Shown here: positions 61,321-64,000 of the stretch, piece after piece
Layout of the letters: every line of letters begins with the position of its first letter
Numbering within the stretch: the first letter of the stretch is position 1
Assembly (NCBI GenBank): GCA_028873375.1
Contig: JAGWKU010000001.1
Span: 11,763 to 75,762 of the forward strand
Origin: Verrucomicrobiota bacterium
Lineage (GTDB): Bacteria > Chlamydiota > Chlamydiia > Chlamydiales > SM23-39
Length of the DNA: 64,000 nt
Reading direction: 5' to 3'
Notes under the pieces: generated by a model
Told to the model about the DNA's origin: nothing
The model's input: the letters and a program-made list of their open reading frames with translations, nothing else
Database searches by the model: none
Program-made: the position numbers and the translations under genes

Positions 61321-62769
61321 TCACTCGTTTGGTGAAAAGGCGGCAAACGCCTCTTTGTTGCCTTTGGCCGCATCCCCCATGGGGTTCATGGGGGTATAGT
61401 TGGCGAATTGGCCGATTTCCTTGCGGAAGGTCATGACGACATCTCCGACAGCGCCGTGGCGGTTTTTGGACACTAGGACTTCGGCGAGGCCGGGCTTGTC
61501 GTGCTTGTCGTAGTATTCACGGCGGAATAGGAACATGACGACGTCGGCATCTTGTTCCAAAGACCCCGATTCTCTCAAGTCGCTCATCATGGGGCGGTGA
61601 CCTTGTCGCTCTTCGACCTTACGGGAGAGCTGGGCAGCGCAGAGGATGGGGATATCGAGCTCGCGAGCGAGCGTCTTAAGCATGCGAGAAATTTCGGAAA
61701 TTTCGATCTGCCGATTCTCTTGCGAGCGCATGTTGCCTGAGCCAGAGAGGAGTTGCAAATAGTCGATGGCTAAAAACCCGATGCCGTGCGTTTCTTTCAT
61801 GCGGCGGGCGCGGGCGCGCAGGTCGGTAATTTTAAGGCCTGGCTGGTCATCGATGATCAACGTGTGCTTTTGCATTGAATTTACCGATGCGACAATTCGT
61901 TGATATTCGTTGCCGCTAAGAGAGCCTGTTTGAATTTTTTGTGATTCGATTTCTGACTGCGAGCAGATGAGGCGGTGAAGGATTTGCGAGGCGCTCATTT
62001 CCAGAGAAAAAATGCCGACTGGCATTTTGTTGCGGAAACAAATGTTCTCCGCTACGGAAAGGATAAAGGCAGTTTTTCCCATCGATGGACGGGCTCCTAG
62101 CAGAATGAAGTTTGACTTCATAAAGCCATTGAGCATTTTGTCGAGCTCGACGAAATGGGTCGGGATACCGGTGACGCCGGGTGCATCAGGCCCTCTCTCT
62201 TGGAACTTTTGCTGTCTTTCTTGCAGCTCCTTCAAGAAGGGCATTTTCGATTCGGCTTTGACTCCGGTGATCAACTCTTTAATCGTAATGCCAAGATGGT
62301 GTTGCGACGATTGGGAGATATTGTAAAACTCCGATTGTGCCGCATCGAGAGAAGCGTGGACATCGGCTGGCTCTTCTAGAGCGGTGCGTTCGATGTTCTG
62401 CGCAGCTGTGATCATTCGGCGCAAGATCGACTTTTCGCGAATCAGCGTGACATATTCTTCAATGTAGGCCGACGTGCCTGCATACTGCGCAAGAAGCGTT
62501 AAATAACTAACGCCACCAATCGCGTCCAACTTGCCGATTCGCTTCAAATCTTCGCTGATGAGGTGAATATCGGCGGGCTTATCAGCGCGATACGCGGCTT
62601 TGAGAGATGCAAATACTGCTTGGTGTTCAGTGTAATAAAAGTCGGTTTCTTCGAGCGTGTCTGCGGCTACATTAAGAGCATTGACACTCGTGAGCATACA
62701 GCCCAAGACCATCATCTCTGATTCTTTGGAATTAGGGGGAACACGTACTTTTTTATCAGTCTCGGACAT
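61321..62769 (-). CDS. dnaB: Replicative DNA helicase DnaB
   Basis: It has the N-terminal PPNSKESEMMVLGCML, Walker A GARPSMGKTAF, IIDDQPG, FLAIDYLQLL and ISRMLKTLARELDIPILCAAQLSR. Confidence 0.97.
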   Translation of the reverse strand: MSETDKKVRVPPNSKESEMMVLGCMLTSVNALNVAADTLEETDFYYTEHQAVFASLKAAYRADKPADIHLISEDLKRIGKLDAIGGVSYLTLLAQYAGTSAYIEEYVTLIREKSILRRMITAAQNIERTALEEPADVHASLDAAQSEFYNISQSSQHHLGITIKELITGVKAESKMPFLKELQERQQKFQERGPDAPGVTGIPTHFVELDKMLNGFMKSNFILLGARPSMGKTAFILSVAENICFRNKMPVGIFSLEMSASQILHRLICSQSEIESQKIQTGSLSGNEYQRIVASVNSMQKHTLIIDDQPGLKITDLRARARRMKETHGIGFLAIDYLQLLSGSGNMRSQENRQIEISEISRMLKTLARELDIPILCAAQLSRKVEERQGHRPMMSDLRESGSLEQDADVVMFLFRREYYDKHDKPGLAEVLVSKNRHGAVGDVVMTFRKEIGQFANYTPMNPMGDAAKGNKEAFAAFSPNE

Positions 62770-62920
62770 GGAATGGAGTTATAACAGAAAAAGAGAAAAA
62801 ACAGCAAAGAGGGATTTCCCCTTCGGGGACCGGCTCGTGCGCTGCATCGCGCTTCACTTCAAATCCCCACGCGACCCAAACTGTTGGGTCGCTTCTTTCG
62901 ATTTTTTCGAAAGAAAAAAT

Positions 62921-63010
62921 CGGAAAGAGAGGGATTTGAACCCTCGGTACCCTTATTGGGGGTACGCGTCCTTAGCAGGGACGTGCCTTCGGCCGCTCAG
63001 CCATCTTTCC
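62921..63010 (-). tRNA. tRNA-Ser (anticodon GCT)
   Basis: The reverse complement GGAAAGATGGCTGAGCGGCCGAAGGCACGTCCCTGCTAAGGACGCGTACCCCCAATAAGGGTACCGAGGGTTCAAATCCCTCTCTTTCCG folds as a class II tRNA. It has a 7-bp acceptor stem, anticodon stem CGTCC/GGACG with loop CT-GCT-AA, a long variable arm GTACCC/GGGTAC and a T-arm GAGGG-TTCAAAT-CCCTC. CCA is not encoded. Confidence 0.93.
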
Positions 63011-63139
63011 GTAAACCCAGAGATTTTAAGCGATCAGACCCCTTTTGAGCAACCCCCAGGAGAAGAATTTTTTACTTTCAAGAAAATGAAGGAGAGGAAT
63101 AAGGTACTTAGCTTCAGATTATTAATGAGGAGGTAATCC

Positions 63140-63379
63140 ATGTCTTCCAACGTAGTCCAAACAAGTACTTTGCTTCGCCATGGAGCAATTGCGATAGAAG
63201 AGCAAGATGCTTATTGTGCCGTAATATTTAAAACAGCAAAAGAGGCGAAAAAGTATTTTGAGGCTAATCAACCCTCCATAGTGTCGCCCCGTCAGATGCA
63301 TTGCAGGCGGATAGAATCTTCTATTCCCTTCGAAGCTCACAGCCAGAAGACCGAAGTAAAAAGATTTTTAGTAGTTTGA
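63140..63379 (+). CDS. Hypothetical small protein (79 aa)
   Basis: A strong GAGGAGG Shine-Dalgarno sequence lies 6 nt upstream of the ATG. No family recognised. Confidence 0.5.
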   Translation: MSSNVVQTSTLLRHGAIAIEEQDAYCAVIFKTAKEAKKYFEANQPSIVSPRQMHCRRIESSIPFEAHSQKTEVKRFLVV

Positions 63380-63579
63380 GTGATTGGAACGAAGCTCTCA
63401 AAAAGGAAGATGAGTTTGCGCGCTCGGTAGCGGAGATTGGAGGAATGCTGAGCATGGAATTCATGGGAATATCAAAAGAAATAGCGATGAGCAAAATCCA
63501 ATTTAGGCAGATCGAGGCTTATCTGGCATTTATCAATGCGTTTAAGGCTTCGGGAAGAACGCCTAAGCCTTTTTTGTGA
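63376..63579 (+). CDS. Hypothetical small protein (67 aa), possibly coupled to or frameshifted from the upstream ORF
   Basis: A TTG at 63376 overlaps the upstream TGA (TTGA). The same frame stays open back to 63301, so a frameshifted single gene cannot be excluded. Confidence 0.35.
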   Translation: MSDWNEALKKEDEFARSVAEIGGMLSMEFMGISKEIAMSKIQFRQIEAYLAFINAFKASGRTPKPFL

Positions 63580-63589
63580 GATATTTTCT

Positions 63590-63610
63590 AATGTAAAGCC
63601 GCTTTACATT
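63590..63610. repeat. Palindromic repeat AATGTAAAGC-c-GCTTTACATT after the small ORF pair
   Basis: Perfect 10-bp arms. It starts 11 nt after the stop at 63579. Confidence 0.95.
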
Positions 63611-63695
63611 TGGGAAGCGCTGCTTTTCTTTGCCTAAAAAACCCCTTTTGGTTAAAAGAGGTTTGGGATAGCCTATACCCCTGAGATTGACTGTT

Positions 63696-64000
63696 ATGCG
63701 GAACGTTACACTTCTTGTTGCCTCTCTCCTGATCGGATTGGGAGTTTTTTGGTCTTGGATTTACTTCCCTGGTTTTCGATCGAAAGTCGAAGACTTGCTG
63801 AGCTCGGGCACTTTTCAAACGCTCGAAGTGAGGTATTCGGCCGAGGCGATCATGGATGCTCATCGCAAGGAATTGTTGAAGGACGGCGACCATGTCTTTT
63901 TGGAGCCGAACTTGAAGTTTGTTCCTTATTTGCTGATGGAAGTGAAGTACAATCGGACGCAGGATAAGACGGGAGAAGGGGTTATTTTGTGGGGTCTTGT
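63696..64000 (+). CDS. Hypothetical membrane-anchored protein, N-terminal part (3' end outside window)
   Basis: An ATG at 63696 is followed by 101 stop-free codons to the window edge, so the ORF is absent from the closed-ORF track. The N-terminal hydrophobic anchor is VTLLVASLLIGLGVFWSWIYF. Confidence 0.5.
   Translation, partial: MRNVTLLVASLLIGLGVFWSWIYFPGFRSKVEDLLSSGTFQTLEVRYSAEAIMDAHRKELLKDGDHVFLEPNLKFVPYLLMEVKYNRTQDKTGEGVILWGL

Noticed and set aside
62657-63136. A 159-aa plus-strand ORF.
   Set aside because: It spans the dnaB 5' end in antisense, the hairpin spacer and the entire tRNA-Ser gene, so it is not credible as coding.
5420-63610. I considered the palindromes as plain Rho-independent terminators.
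   Set aside because: None is followed by a U-tract on either strand. One lies in a 5' leader and two lie inside ORFs. A terminator-only explanation does not fit, although an RNA 3'-end role for some copies is still possible.
63588-63893. A 101-aa minus-strand ORF at the window end.
   Set aside because: It starts inside the palindrome region and competes with a plus-strand ORF that has an ATG, a membrane anchor and stays open to the window edge. The minus-strand product is low-complexity and basic.

Overview
This 64 kb window looks like a core chromosomal segment from a member of the Chlamydiae. I infer this from the gene content: tandem MOMP-family porins, a minimal gspD-E-F-G type II secretion cluster, recC-recB-recD, sigma-66-type rpoD, aspC-mreC, tolQ-tolR-tolA-like-tolB-pal, sdhCAB, mnmG and dnaB. 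The presence of MOMP paralogs together with MORN and TagF-like genes points to an environmental chlamydial lineage, but I cannot name the species. Coding density is high. I support about 50 CDS, many with ATGA/GTGA/TTGA stop-start overlaps, and two tRNAs (Ala-GGC and Ser-GCT, both on the minus strand). I saw no transposase, integrase, phage or cas genes. Two non-coding signals stand out. The first is a family of eight perfect palindromes, (A)AATGTAAAGC-N-GCTTTACATT(T). They lie after stop codons, in one 5' leader, and in frame inside recC and gspD, and isolated half-sites also seem frequent. The second is an ORF-free, visibly GC-rich element of about 290 bp (33679-33969). It consists of nested perfect hairpins closed by a 22-bp terminal stem, directly follows a palindrome copy, and does not resemble any RNA family I can recognise. 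Secondary observations are:
- a tandem TagF-like glycerophosphotransferase pair;
- a GT4 glycosyltransferase with a fused C-terminal domain;
- an MFS protein carrying a degenerate acyltransferase module;
- a coiled-coil/LysM lipoprotein in the CpoB position of the Tol-Pal cluster;
- an 875-aa MORN-repeat protein that closes the T2SS operon.
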